A stretch of 64,000 nucleotides of DNA, taken from the NCBI GenBank assembly GCA_009914755.4, contig CP086569.2, positions 3,232,001-3,296,000 of the forward strand, read 5' to 3'. The notes below the pieces were generated by a model. That model was not told the DNA's origin and did not search any database. It saw only the letters and a program-made list of their open reading frames with translations. The stretch is from the human T2T-CHM13v2.0 reference genome, Homo sapiens. This document shows positions 28,480 to 49,100 of this stretch, in pieces. The translations under genes and the position numbers were made by a program. Every line of letters starts with the position of its first letter. The first letter of the stretch is position 1.

Positions 28480-29900
28480 CATTTTTATTAATCTATTTGG
28501 AATGACGGAAATATACAGTCAAAAGATGTAGGATTGTGTCCGGAATTGGTGGGTTCTTGGTCTCACTGACTTCAAGAATGAAGCCGTGGACCCTCGTGGT
28601 GAGTGTTACAGCTCTTAAGGTGGCGCGTCTGGAGTTTGTTCCTCCTGTTGTTCGGATGTGTTCGGAATTTCTTCCTTCTGGTGCGTTCATGGTCTCGCCG
28701 CCTCAGGAGTGAAACTGCAGACCTTTGCCGTGTTATGGCTCATAAAGGCAGTGTGGACCCAAAGAGTGAGCAGCAGCAGAATTTATTGCAAAGAGCGAAA
28801 GAACAAAGCTTCCACAGCGTGGAAGGGGACCCGAGCAGGTTGCCACTGCTGGCTCGGGCAGCCTGCTTTTATTCTCTTATCTGGTCCCACCCACATCCTG
28901 CTGATTGGTAGAGCTGAGTGGTCTGTTTTGACAGGGCGCTGATTGGTGCGTTTACAATCCCAGAGCTAGACGCAAAGGTTCTCCACATCCCCACCAGATT
29001 AGCTAGATACCGAGTGTCCACACAAAGGTGCTCCAAGTCCCCACCAGAGTAGCTAGATACAGTGTTGATTGGTGCATTCACAAACCCTGAGCTAGACACA
29101 GGGTGCTGATTGGTGCACTCACAAACCCTGAACTAGACACAGGGTGCTGATTGGTGTATTTACAATCCCTGAGCTAGACATAAAGGTTCTCCACCTCACC
29201 ACCAGACTCAGGAGCCCAGCTGGCTTCACCCAGTGGATCCCACACCAGGGCTGCAGGTGGAGCTGCCTGCCAGTCCCGTGCCATGTGCCTGCACTCCTCA
29301 GCCCTTGGGTGGTCGATGGGACTAGGCACCGTGGAGCAGGGGGCGGCGCTCACCGGGGAGGCTTGGGCGGCACAGGAGCCCACGGGGCGGGTGGGGGCGG
29401 GGAGCCTCAGGCATGGCAGGCTACGTGTCCTGAGCCCTGCCCCGCCGGGAGGCAGCTAAGGCCTGGTGAGAAATTGAGCACAGGCCCGGTGGGCCGGCAC
29501 TGCTGGGGGACCCAGTACACCCTCCGCAGCTGCTGGCCTGGGTGCTAAACCCCTCATTGCCTGGGGCGGGCAGGGCCGGCCGGCTGCTCCGAGTGCGGGG
29601 CCTGCCAAGCCCACGCCCACGCCCACCCGGAACTCCAGCTGGCCCGCAAGCTCGGTGCACAGCCCCGGTTCCCGCTCGCACCTCTCCCTCCACATCTCCC
29701 TGCAAGCTGAGGGAGCCGGCTCCGGCCTTGGCCAGCCCAGAAAGGGTCTCCCACAGTGCAGTGGCAGGCTGAAGGGCTCCTCAAGTGCTGCCAAAGTGGG
29801 AGCCCAGGCAGAGGAGGCCCTGAGAGCGAGCGAGGGCCGTGAAGACTGCCAGCACGCTGTCACCTCTCAGGATGAATAGGAAGTCCATAGGGTGGCTCTA
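28480..29900 (+). mobile_element. Solo LTR12 (ERV9/HERV9 LTR); also a possible promoter/enhancer
   Basis: Diagnostic LTR12 structure. It opens ...gtgggttcttggtctcactgacttcaagaatgaagccgtggaccctcg.... A tandem array of tgctgattggtg(c/t)atttacaa(a/t)ccctgagctagaca units follows (CCAAT-box containing). Then comes ...cagactcaggagcccagctggcttcacccagtggatccc... and a very GC-rich 3' half ...gcccacgcccacgcccacccggaactc...cctgcaagctgagggagccggctccggcc.... Confidence 0.75.
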
Positions 29901-32900
29901 ATAAGGAATAAGACATAACTGGTTATGAATAAAGTTGTTCTTTTCAGTGATCCCTCCACCCAGCCCCTCACTCTGTCTCTCTTGATTGATGTGAAAGTGA
30001 GATTCATCAGTGTGTACTTCAAGAATTTCGTATTAAAGATATTCTTAGAATGGGATTTCATTTCAATGTTTCTTAATCCTCTGGCATAAGAGCACATTTA
30101 TAAACAATGTAGTCATAAGGGATATCTTCACTCGTGTTCTTTCATATATCTCAAACTATACTAGATATATAATACCAGGGATTTTACTTTAGCTTATTTA
30201 TTAGAACAAGAATGCCTTTTACATGTATTATAACATGCTTTAATGTATACAGTGTATCTCAATGAAGGGAAAACATTGGAGTGGAATTTTCCTGGATATT
30301 TTATTAAATGAACACTAAGGCAAATAATATATTTTATCTATAGTCTCCTCAGCTAGCAGGGGCATACTTTGTGTGCCATGATTTAGTCACTTCAGTAAGT
30401 TTACATTCGGTCACTGAAAACATTAGTTTTCGATTTTCAAATAATCTCAACTCTTACATTTGACCAAATTTAGTTCTATTTCTATTTCACCTAATATATT
30501 TCAAGGACCTAGGCACTTGTATTATAATTATTTTTTTTAAGAAATGGCACTTTGTGTATATGTGTTTACTGTTAAAAATCTGCCATTTACCTTTTGGCTT
30601 TTTTAGTTCATCGTGGTAAAATGAGGACAGTAAGAGTAAGATAATGTGGATTTACTAGAAAGATGTCATATCTTTTGCAACAGGTAGAAGATAACTGAAA
30701 GTAGATCAAAGAATGTGGTTTGTCACATGAGAACGCATACAATTATAATTGATTATTTAAGGAGTTATGGATGGTTACTTTGTGTTTTTAGAACCTCATG
30801 ATATAGAATAGACTGAAACGTAATTCAAAAGGACTTCAAAAAATTATAGATAACTAAGCCAAGATCAATTTTAAAGGAAAAGTAAAATTCACTGGCCGAA
30901 ACCATTAAGGAAGAAATCTATGAGGTCAAACAGGGTCTTTCCTGATATAGTTGTGCTGTCATTTGTACAGGCCGAATAACAGGTTGGATAGTCCAAAAGT
31001 CTAATCTGGAATGGTACTTAATGCTTTCTATAAGATGCAAATTGGAAATGTGATAAATATGACTTAGAACATAGCTGTATTTAAACCTATTTTGAGCTCA
31101 TTTTCACTTTCAATAATGTTTTAACCTTATTTTAGCAATGTTCTTTACTTCAATGATACTAGCAGTATTTGGACTTTTAAGTTTGCATTTCTTTATATAA
31201 AACAGACAATAACAATGGGTGACCAGCATTTTTCTACTAGATATTCTATATATTGCAACCTGTAATTCCTTGTTATACCAATGTATAGTAAATGATTGCT
31301 TTTTATAGGATAATTATTCATGTTATAGAGCAGGGAGTTCTCAAATATTAAAATCCTGAACAGAGATTAATTTCTTGGCTTATTATATAATATAATGAAA
31401 AATGTTATAATTTATAATTTATTTTTACTTTTACTATCTTTTCAGAAATGCTATTTTTTTCCTTATTATCCTAAAGACAGCCTAAAGTATCTTAAAGTTC
31501 TTTCTTTAGCTTTTGAGGATATAATTTAGAAAAAGTTTAATAAGAAAGTATTGAAATCAATGATAATTTTGTAAAAGGTATAAAAAGGGGCTCTTTTTGC
31601 ATGCTACTGTAAATTTAATATAAAGCACTTATATGAACATTAATTTTTACCTCTACATCATAATATAAACTTTTACTGTTTTACTCTTAATTAAAGATAT
31701 CCTCAGTTTTCTGTTTTTTCCCCAGATAATCATTAAGTTTTATACAATACGCTTATGAAAACTTTAAAGAATTAAGAATCTAAAATTATAGTAACAAGCA
31801 AAATGTTGTATTGAATTAGAATAACATGCACGACTATGAAGTAATTAAACTTTTAATAGAAATATGTGAGGTAATGTTAGAAATTATTTTACATCCTCCT
31901 TTTTGCCAACCATGTTAAGTAGTCTACTAAACAAAAGAGCAGTAATGGGTTTGAATCGTAACAGGAGTGTGTGTGCATGCATACCTGTGTATGTGCTTGT
32001 GTGTGTGTATTAGAGACAGAAAATCCAATAATCCAACAAGAAAAGCTTTACTTCCAAGTCAATGTAGTGTGTTAGCAGAATCTTCACTATGAAAGGAGAA
32101 TCACAGTTGATAAGGTGACCATGATGTTTTTACACACTATGGGTATTTCATAAAGATCTCAGAGAATAATTTGATCTTTAATAAACAAAATAATAATTCA
32201 AGAGACTCTAAAAGCAGCTGTTATGAACGTGCATGAATATTACAATATAATACCAAAGTTATTTTTCCCGAATAAGTATTTTATGATTTTGAAAGTACCT
32301 GAAAAAATCAGGATTTTATTTGGTCAGGTGACCAACTTCCAGGATAAAAGAAACTAAGGAAGTTAACTTAAGGTGTTAATTATAACATAGGATAATTATG
32401 AAGACATTCAGTAAACCACTATATAAGATAATTATGGAAAATTGTATAGCTTTCCAAGAAAATTCCTATAAATTTTAATTGTTTATAAATAAATGCCTAT
32501 GATAAGTCTTGCCTATACTTCTGACTTAATTATAATAATCTCTAGAGTGAGATATGATTCATCTTTCCCTGACATTCCAACATTTTTGTAAGTGGAATTC
32601 ATGATTGTGCAGCTAATAAAATAGACAGTTTATAAAACTTAGCTGCTTTCAATTAACAAAGCTAAGACTCTTCCCCCCACTGTCCATCAAAGATAATACT
32701 ATTTCACTTTTTTCTTAGTTATTTGAGATGGCAATCAAAAATGATATTTTTGGCATGAAATGAACATATCATGATCCTTCAGTTATAATAACAGATTCGT
32801 TGTTAGAGTTAGCTTTTGTGAAATCTACCCTGTGTGTTTGAATGTGGAACATCTGCAACATTGAATATATCACCTCTCACAGCAGTTCCTCAGACAGGAA

Positions 32901-34268
32901 ATTATATCCCTCAGTGGGATGGTACAAAGGTAATTCTGTTGCCGTATATTGTGCCAAAGAGCTCCTTCTGTGACAGGTTAGATTATCAGTGATATGTGTC
33001 TGTCATGCCCATTTTCTTCTTTGTCTGAAGGAATCTCATACCGACAAAGTTTGTGGTATTCCAAGATAAAGCTTTGCCAAAGCTAGAAATTCCAACATAC
33101 ATAAATACTATTTCAAGTTAGAGGAGGGTCCCATTGCAATCCTTAGAAAAACCCAGATTTTACACGTGTACCCTAATCATTATAGCCAGCTTATGCTGGG
33201 ATTTAGAATGAAACATATTTTTAAGCCTAAATTCTCAAAAGAAAGAAACATTTTTAAAGTATGTTAGGCAACAGATGTATTGGGAATTTATTCTTTTTTA
33301 CTTGCATTTTAAAACTCTCTATATATTTTAAATTATACTTATTTTGCTGTGAACTAATTGTTGGAGAACAGTAATAACCAAATAACGATTTCATTGACAT
33401 CAACCACTGGAGATGTGCTTATAAATAATAATGCCACCGAAGCATACGACAGAAGCCCTTTTCATGCCTTATTGCTTTAGTAGGTTAAATAAACGAATGT
33501 AATAATAGAAACTTCCATATATTCTGGAGGAAGCCAACATATCAAACATTTATCATAGGAATGAGAAGTAGTGAGAAAGGGCATCTCTAAATGCATCCAA
33601 ATGAATAAAAAACATTTTTGAATGGCAATTTCAGTTCACAAAAATTAGTTTCTGAACCCTGCCAAGCAACTAAGTTCTAGACCTAACTGTCTCCTTGCCA
33701 ACTGTAGTAACCCAAAGTTTCACAAGGTCTTCAGAGAAATTATTGACCTGAATTCTTAAGAGTACAAGAAATGAATAGGATTTAACTTATAACTTTTGGG
33801 GTATTTTAAAATGACATTGTTTCTGCCTAATAACTAACCACTTGCATATTATTAATATACCAGCACCATCAACCTGGTATTTTTATGTTGCTGAAGGATT
33901 TTCCAACCTTGGTACTAGCTAAACTGAACAATACTACTGTTCAATGTAACAATTATTTCTAATTATGTAATAAACAATAACAACAAAAAACTTGGACATA
34001 ATGTTTCTCCCTTATGTCACTAATCCAAAAATGAAAATAAATAAAATAAATAGCATAGGGATCTTGTTATAGTTATTGTAACATAGTCTTTTTATTGTAT
34101 ATATCAAAACAAGATGTTATAATAAAACTGTGTTTCTGATATCGGATCATTGAAAATTTTGACATGTATGAACTTCTCCAATCAAAAAGCAATTTTAATA
34201 TATACCCAGTTGAATAATATAATCAATTCAATCTAATGCAATTTGTATATACTTATTGTATACTCCAA

Positions 34269-40985
<6,717 letters not shown>

Positions 40986-41002
40986 CAAGAATGGCCAAAC
41001 CC

Positions 41003-41195
41003 CATGTCTACAAAAAAAAAAAAAAAAAAATCAGCCAGGTGTCATGGCACATGCCTATAGTCCCAGCTACTCAGGAGGCTGAGGTGAGAGGATAGCTTGA
41101 GCCTGGGAGGTTGAGGCTACAGTGAACAACATTGCACCACTGCACTCCAGGCTGGGTGACAGTGCAAGAGCAAGACTCTGTCTCAAAAAAAGAAA
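41003..41195 (+). mobile_element. Partial Alu (A-rich linker plus right arm)
   Basis: caaaaaaaaaaaaaaaaaaatcagccaggtgtcatggcacatgcctatagtcccagctactcaggaggctgagg...gcactccaggctgggtgacagtgcaagagcaagactctgtctcaaaaaaag. Confidence 0.7.
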
Positions 41196-41544
41196 AGACT
41201 AATGAATCCATTGTAGACTATTTTAATGCAACTATTAATACTTAATTAAAAATGAAAATGTATAAAAAAAAGTAAAACTAAACAAGATCCTGGAAAAAAA
41301 GACATAAATCAGAAATATTACATACAAACCTGAGTGTGTGATCTTCCTAGCTTGTAGATAATACACTACATGATTTTGGGAGCAAAAACATTAATAATTA
41401 TCTCACTCTTTGAAGCCAAGGAATACCTACTATTAAATTATTTGAACAGTCACACACACATGTGTCTGGAAACTGATATTGACTTCAAAGGTGGAATTTA
41501 ACAGTCTTCATAGGGACCTCGTCAATTCTTTCACATAAAACCAA

Positions 41545-42150
41545 GTTATTTATTTCCAAGATACAATGGTGGTACAAGCATTGAGTAAACTTTCCCATTC
41601 CAAAAGGGATAAATCATACAAATGAAAAGGACAACAAGCCCCATGCAAGTCTGAAACCCCTGCAGGGCAGTCATTAAATCTTAAAGCTCCAGAATAATCC
41701 TTGACTCCATGGCCGCATCCAGGGCACACTAGTGCAAGGGGTGGGCTCCCTAGGCCTTGGGTAGTTCTGCCTCTGCGGCTTTGCAGGGTGACCCTGTAGC
41801 TGCTTTCATGAATTGGAGTTAAATGTCTGTGTCCCTTCCAGGCTGGGATTGCAAACTGCCAGTGGTTCTGCCAGATTCTTGGGTCTAGAGGGTGATGTTC
41901 CCATTCCCACAGCTCCACTAGGCAGTGCCCCAGTGGGGACTCTGTGCAGGGGCACTCTGGTCATTCGGGGTGCCTCTTCCAAATTATTATGACAAAAAAG
42001 AAAGTTTGTTTTTAAATTAAAGTTTTTGCCATCTGCACTATTTCTCCAATGCACAACTTTATGACCAGAGCATTCCCTCAGGGCAAAGTCATGAGAGAAA
42101 AAGGACCAAACAACAACCAAAAACCAAAACAAGCAATCTTTGCCATCCAT
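41545..42150 (-). mobile_element. Probable ERVL-MaLR internal-region fragment (THE1/MST-int-like)
   Basis: ttccaagatacaatggtggtacaagcattgagtaaa...ccccatgcaagtctgaaacccctgcagggcagtcattaaatcttaaagctccag...gctccactaggcagtgccccagtggggactctgtgcagg matches my memory of the MaLR internal consensus. A related copy lies at 53220-53420. Confidence 0.4.
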
Positions 42151-44608
42151 AATATTCTAGCTTGCTTTCTTTTTCTGTGTTTTTCGATGCAGAAATGAAG
42201 TGCATTTTACTTTTTTTGTTTGATTTACAAGACTAGAGAGGAATATATAACTGCTATTTAAGAGTCTGGGCTCTGAAATTAGGCTATCTGGATTTTAAAT
42301 TTCAAAAACTATATTGTGGCACTTACCAATGTCTCAAAATAAATGAGTCATTATTTTTCTGTCTGTGTAAACATCTAAAGAAGGTGTTTCTTTTTCTAAC
42401 AGTAGAAACCCAGTGACTTCATTTCAGTCTTCGGTATTTACTTTTTGTAATTTGTCCAGGATTTATAATTATAAACAGCAAAAAAGATAGGCTATAGTGG
42501 GCTTATTCTGCTATAGCATAATTGGAATTTATTAATTTTTATAAATTTTACTTACCTCCCTTTATGCTAATCACCCCATGTAAAGCCCAGATAATACTAG
42601 AGTTGAGTTTGGTAGAATTAGCCTTTCTTCAGTCAACACATATGTTCAAAGGAATTACATCAAAGATAACCAAACAGAGTCCTTGCCTTCAAAGTTTTAA
42701 TTCAAATTGCATTTATCTCAATGGGATAAACTGTGTGGGAAAATACAGCGTCTTGAATTTAAAAAAAAAAACACAGAGAATACAATTGAGGGCTAGATGT
42801 TTACTATTTTTCATCACTTAACTTTGAGTGGCAATAGAGCATTTCAGTAATTGTACCTCTATCCCTACAAGGAACCCGTCCCTGAAATGATTATCCCTAT
42901 GGAAACAAGAAATAGCAATTAGATTTAACCATATTGCTGGGAGTTATCAGATCATCCATTAAGTCAGAGGAGACCAAGAGGGATAGAAGCAGTTATATAG
43001 TTACATTTTGTGAAAACTATGTCCAACTTTCTAGTTCTGTAAACACATACTCTGCAAACTTTGTTGAAGCAGCATCCCATGCATTTTTGAGAAAGTGCTA
43101 CCAATAAAAGCATCCAGATTTATCCCTAAATTTTACACAGGCATATTTATATCCTATACACATTATGAAGTGAACACAAGTAAAAATTATAGTTAGATAA
43201 ATGGCAAGCACAAGCCGTTTCAAAATTTTCCCACACCCCAGTGCAGTTTTTGGGGGTATCCCATGGTGTTCACACATCTGAATTTTGAAATAATTACTAT
43301 AAATGTAATATATTCTATGAAAAGAGAAAACTATATCAACAAAAATTTCTGTAAACCATACACGGTTTAATGAAAGATGATGATGATGGCGTGCGTGTCT
43401 ATGAGTGTGTTTCTAGTTTTATTAAACCAATGAATACAATTTTATTTCTTACATAAATTCTTAGCCATTGTAGGTTATAAAATATATATTTCGTTAAAGC
43501 ATAGAAAGTCGGTTCTTGCTATTTATCTGTCTCACTGTGTCCTGACAAATATCTCCCTGGACTGGTTCCTTAAAGTTGAAGTCCTACTGAATATTTTTTT
43601 TTTAAAGTATAAAAATTTTTTTGAGCTCAAAGGCTTCAGGAAAGTTTTCAACAAACTAGCATCAGAAAACATCTTACTCAACATCAGAAAAAAATTTATA
43701 TTCTAACTCTGACTTTCTTGAGCTTACTAGACAGTTCATTGTTTTTGACATTATTTGACATCTGTTTCAATATTTAGATGAAAGTAGAAAAGTACTTTTA
43801 GAATACCATCCCTGAGAAGGCAACTGGACATATTTTATGCAAGTATTTCTAAAATACACAGAGATAATATTTTGAATTAAGCCTTCAAATGTAAGATGAT
43901 TTAATTCAATTTGTTTATTTTCAAATTCTCAGAGGAAAAAAATGCCTTTAAAAATAATTTTTTGTAACGTATTTTTTTTTGTCCTTAGTATATGCTTTAA
44001 AATATACAGATTCCCTTGGATTTCTAAAATTTAATTCTGTTAATATTTCAGTTTTAAAACACAAAGAGGTAAACAAATGAATGCTTGCCTAACCAGAATT
44101 TAAATATTTTTGGAATCTGTTGACTTATTAAATATCTCATTGAGTTTTGCTATAAAAAATAAACAGCTTAATTTTTTATCATTTGAATATCATGATTTTT
44201 ACAAGATTATTCTCTTGCTGGAGAATAACATTCCTTTGCGATGTGCTTTTCAGATAGATGGTATCATTCTTATGTAGGGGTTAAGTGAAGATATTAAGGG
44301 TGGAAACAATTCCGCCAATGGATGTACATGTCTTAGAAGACTTCTTGCTCATTATAGCTTTGATCATAATACTGAGCTTAACACACAAACACATACACAC
44401 ACATAGCCTCTATCTCAAACCCTTGTTTTAAGTCATTTTCATGTAATTCCCTTTGTTCTTTGCACATATAAGGAAATATATTTAAAAGCCAAGTATTGAA
44501 CACCTTGTCTTCTGACCCCACCATCTGACAAACCCTAATGTTTAAAAGCTGAAACATTTAATCAGTTATCATTTATGACACCACTACATCTTTGTTCCCT
44601 AATGTTCT

Positions 44609-44776
44609 TTATATATATGTGTGTGTGTGTATATATCTATATGTGTATATATATGTGTGTATATATGTGTATGTGTGTATATATGTGTATATATGTATAT
44701 ATGTGTATATATATGTGTGTATATATGTGTATATATATATGTGTGTATATATATGTGTGTATATATATGTATATAT
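44609..44776. repeat. Compound (TATATG/TG)n microsatellite
   Basis: tatatatatgtgtgtgtgtatatatctatatgtgtatatatatgtgtgtatatatgtgtatgtg..., seen directly. Confidence 0.9.
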
Positions 44777-45422
44777 TGCTATTAGTAAAAAGAGAATACG
44801 AGAATGAAGTTAGGAAAATGCTTTTGCCTAATATAAAAGCTTGGATAAACTGATGTCCTGGAGTAACATTCTGAAGTTCCATAAGATGATCTGGGATATT
44901 TATTGGAGTACAAAATTTCACAATCATATGGTTTTTTCTTGGATTGCTGGAAGCTTAGTTTATTATTAATTTTTTGTAATAAAAAAGATTAATTCTGTAG
45001 ACATTTTCCTGGGAAGACAATCTAGTTTCCAGTATGTGTCACTGAAATAATAATTTAGGTTCAGTTATACAGCAGAAGATTTTGTGGAGAAGAAAAATTT
45101 TTAAGTAAAGCAGCATAAAGAACAATTAATTTTATGATATATGATTAAAAAATATTTCTTGATGATCACTTATTGATATACAATAATGGCTCTCCTCAAA
45201 CTTAATTATTCTCACAAAGTATCCATGGAATAACATTTAATAAAGATAGTATCTTGCTCTTCTGACAGTTTCTTACACTTTCATGTGTTTGAGGGAAGGT
45301 CTAATTGTAAGTTTGAAGAAACTATCTTGGGATACATTTCTGCTTTATGATTTGCTACTACTGATATTTTTATATAAATGTGTGTGTGTATCTATCTATC
45401 TATATATCTATATATATAATAC

Positions 45423-46152
45423 GGGAGGGGGCCAAGAAATTGTTGGGTAGAGAGGGTGGAGTCCCTGGCCACCCTTGGGCCTGTACCCATGGACCTAAGT
45501 GAGAACAGGCATTCCTGTTTTCATGCTCGAATGTTGCATTTTTCAAGACCACTCTGGCCTGCCACAACCCCCATCCTGTGCCCATATAAACCCGAGACTA
45601 TAGGGGGCACACAACACAAGTGGCTGAATGTCAAGAGGAGCAGAGGAACAGAGCGGCAGAGAGTGGCAGAGAGCAGTAGACAGCAGCAGGGTGTCACAGA
45701 AAAGAAGGAAGGAAGAAGCGTCTGAACATCGAGAGTTCAGCAGAGAACTCCCCGACCCCTCCACCTTCCAGCTCCCCATCCATCTTGCTGAGCTCCACCT
45801 CCAACATTCAATAAAAGCTTGCACTCATCCTTTGAGCCCACGTGTGATTGGATCCTTCTGGGACACGGGGCAAGTGCTCAGGATACAGAAGGCTGTCACA
45901 CTGGCCCTCTGCCCTTGCGATAAGGCAGAGGGTCCATTGAGCTTATTTACCATCAAGCAATCTGCAGATGGCAAAACTGAAAGACCTTTGTAGCACGGGG
46001 GTTGCAGTTACCCACCCCTAGACACTGGCCCCAGCCTCTGCACCTGCCCAACTGCATGCTCCCCTCAGGGGTTTGAGCTGCAAGGCAACCAAACAGGTGA
46101 GCCACACCCCTGTCACATGTCCTGTGAGGGGAAATCAGGGAATTCTCCCATT
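45423..46152 (+). mobile_element. Unclassified ERV-like solo LTR (U3-R-U5 signature); family not recognised
   Basis: A TATA-like cccatataaacccgagac, a poly(A) signal caataaaagcttgcactcatcc about 240 bp downstream, and terminal ...tctccca. An internal GA-rich stretch ggaacagagcggcagagagtggcagagagcagtagacagcagcag is also present. This fits LTR architecture. Confidence 0.35.
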
Positions 46153-49100
46153 ATATATATCAGATGTAGCAGTAGGAGATAAAGTGGCATAAGTTAAACA
46201 TGATGAATACAGGCATGATAAAATAATATATTACATTTCTCCTCATTCCATAACATTATTTCCTATTAGTCTTCTATCATATTTGCAGACATTTTGGACT
46301 ATATTCTCTAAATGTTCTCTATTTTTTTTTGCAAACTATATTAATCATATATTTCCCAAAGTGAAATATGGGTGGAAAAGTTCATTGTGAGCTTCAGCCT
46401 TTATTTTTCAGATATCTGCCAAAAGCCCTTCTTCCTAGAATTTACATTCATACATTTGACATTGGCCAGAACATCTTTTTCAACATGAAAGACTCTTTTC
46501 TTTTTGTTTTCAGAGTACAAAGAGTAAATCCACCTTCTGAGTAAAATTTTATTACTTAATATGTAGAGATTCATTTGTCACATTAAGATTATGTTTTATT
46601 CTTTTAAAATTAAGAATATAACAAATACCAGGATAGTCATATTGTGTGAACAGCAATATATTCTTGTTGTAGAGGTACCCACATGAAAAGGCAATGTTTA
46701 ATTAGAATGTTGCTTTTTTGGGAGCTTCAACTTTGAACAAGACAAGTTAGATCTAAGTGTGATCTAGAAGTGGTTATGTCTACATAGGCATAATTGGTTC
46801 TCACCCTTCTCCCACTTGGATGGATTTAGCAGTTTGACACATACCCAAAGAAGATCCATCTTTCCATTGCATTAACAAGAGCTAGATATTTAAAGAATAT
46901 TTTATGAGGAGAGAGTTTTTAAATAAAAGGTTTATGTCATAAGCAAAGTAGTAAAGATTTACAAAATTCCATTTAAGAAAATCTCTGTTTTTTTTTTTCC
47001 CCAAGGTTACGGTATCTTATTTCTCCTCATCTTTTTTATCCTTCTTGTAGCTTCTAAAATATTAGCTTATATTTCAGAGTAATATTGATCCTTCCTTTAG
47101 CTTGTATACTCAGCAAAACAAAATCCCAGTTATTGCTCCTGCAGTCAGATCTTGTATTATTTCTCAGATTTGCCTCTTGGTGTTTTTAAGTTCATTCAGC
47201 CACAAAGGACTCAAACATGTAATGTCATTAAGTTAAAATTGCCTGATTTATTTATCTACACAACTCTCCTTGCCAACAGGACACACACACAAAAAATCAT
47301 ACTTAGCATCTGCTAATGGTCCCAAATCCTTCTTTGGAACATTTTAATGAACATCAACTGGCATTAGTCTCTGTGCCTTTCTTTTCTTTTTGCTCCCATT
47401 CCTTTAACTGAAATGCACCATTTTAAATGTTTACACAGACAGAAACATAATAGCTAGTATTTACTGTGAGACATTGGTAAGTGCCACAAGATGGTTTTTG
47501 AAATTTATAATCAGATAGTCTAATTTCAGAGCCCAGACTCCTAAATAAATGTTAGACCTTCCTTTCTAATCTTATTGATTAATGTCACAGAAAATCAAGC
47601 TAATTATTCAGGTTAGTAGTGATTTCATGTGCCCTTCATTCTATGTAGTTGAACAAAATATGTTATCATTCTATGTACAGTATTATGTATGCTAATTGTG
47701 TACATGACAGAATATTAATGTTGCAAATTTTGCCCATATATTTCCCTCATATTAACAACTACTATTAGGTAGAGTTTATCCACTTTCACTTTTACATTGC
47801 TAGTGTGTATGAACTAAGAATCAAATGCAATTGTTAGTGCCAATTAAGGAGGGATGTTTTCCCTCAGTCTAACTTTATCATCCTTAGGAATGTGTCTTCT
47901 TCCATATTTTGTGCTTACAATATTTCATGTTTTAGCCTGATGGAATATAGTTTAAGATTAGTTACTTTTCAGAGAGAAAGAGAATATTATTTACAAAAGT
48001 TGTTTTCATCTTTAAATTTATTTCCAGTTCTGGCATTATTTTCTCAGAATACATTTCCAATATATATTTTATGGAAAACACATTTTTAAATAATGGTATC
48101 AGCCTCAACATAATTTTTACAGGACATGTGGCATAAAAGTACAGGAACATGTTCAGTGCAACCTTTGGCTGTGCAGATCTAGGCTCTGAGGGAACAGGGT
48201 GTATGACTCCTCTTTATTATTAGTGCTGATAACATGTAAAAATGATTCTTTCAAATTTGCTTGATAATAATGCTATTTAAATATAACTATCTTGAAAACT
48301 TATGGGAGATAACTGTATACCTTAAGATACCCTTAAACATATTATTTCTCTTGCAAACACTGGTAATTTAGTTTTTCTATTTCAAGTAATGATTTCAATT
48401 AAGGGGAAAGTGAAATACAAAGATTAGAAGTTCATTTGCTCCTTTATAATATTATTCAAGGTGCAACTGAGAACAAAAGTCTAAAACTCTTTTTTTTAAA
48501 ATGCCATCTTGGTTTTATTTAATTCTAAGAATGCAATTTTAAAATGTAACTACATATGGTGAATATGAATATTTTTCAATTAACTTTTTAAAAGAGAGAA
48601 TATTTCACTGAATAACAAGCACATAGTTCTGGCTAATTTATGTAATTGTATGTGTTTGGTTGCCCAATATACAATATATTTGTGTTATTTAGAATAAATT
48701 ACAAATATACAATTCCTATATAGGCAGTTTATAATTTATATAAAGATTTTACATATGAACAGGCATCTAAAAGATATCCACCAAATAATTAATTTATAAA
48801 AAGAATTAAAGTATTAAGCATGAGAAATATAAGGTGTTATACAGTCCTATTATAAAAGCTTACAGTAATCACATATTAGTAGCCCGATTTTTGACAGAAT
48901 TCCCAGGCTTATGATCTCCTTGCATGTCTAGTAGCATAATTTTAAATGCATGAAAGCTTTATTTTAGAGTTAGAAGCTGAAGGAGCTTATTGTAAGGATA
49001 ATAGACTTAGGGAGAATTAAGGGTGCTTAGTTATACTTTGGAACTTGAAGAATCCATAGCTTTGATATACATTAGGATATATGACCCAACTATTATCTTC

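Noticed and set aside
29144-29879. Seven overlapping ORFs of 74-135 aa on both strands, rich in G/A/P/R
   Set aside because: They lie entirely inside the GC-rich 3' half of the LTR12 element. Stop codons are rare in GC-rich DNA, so both strands stay open. There is no codon periodicity or recognisable domain, so I treat them as artefacts.
44575-44927. Three ORFs rich in Y/I/C/V/M
   Set aside because: They are translations of the (TATATGTG)n microsatellite, which gives low-complexity, non-coding sequence.
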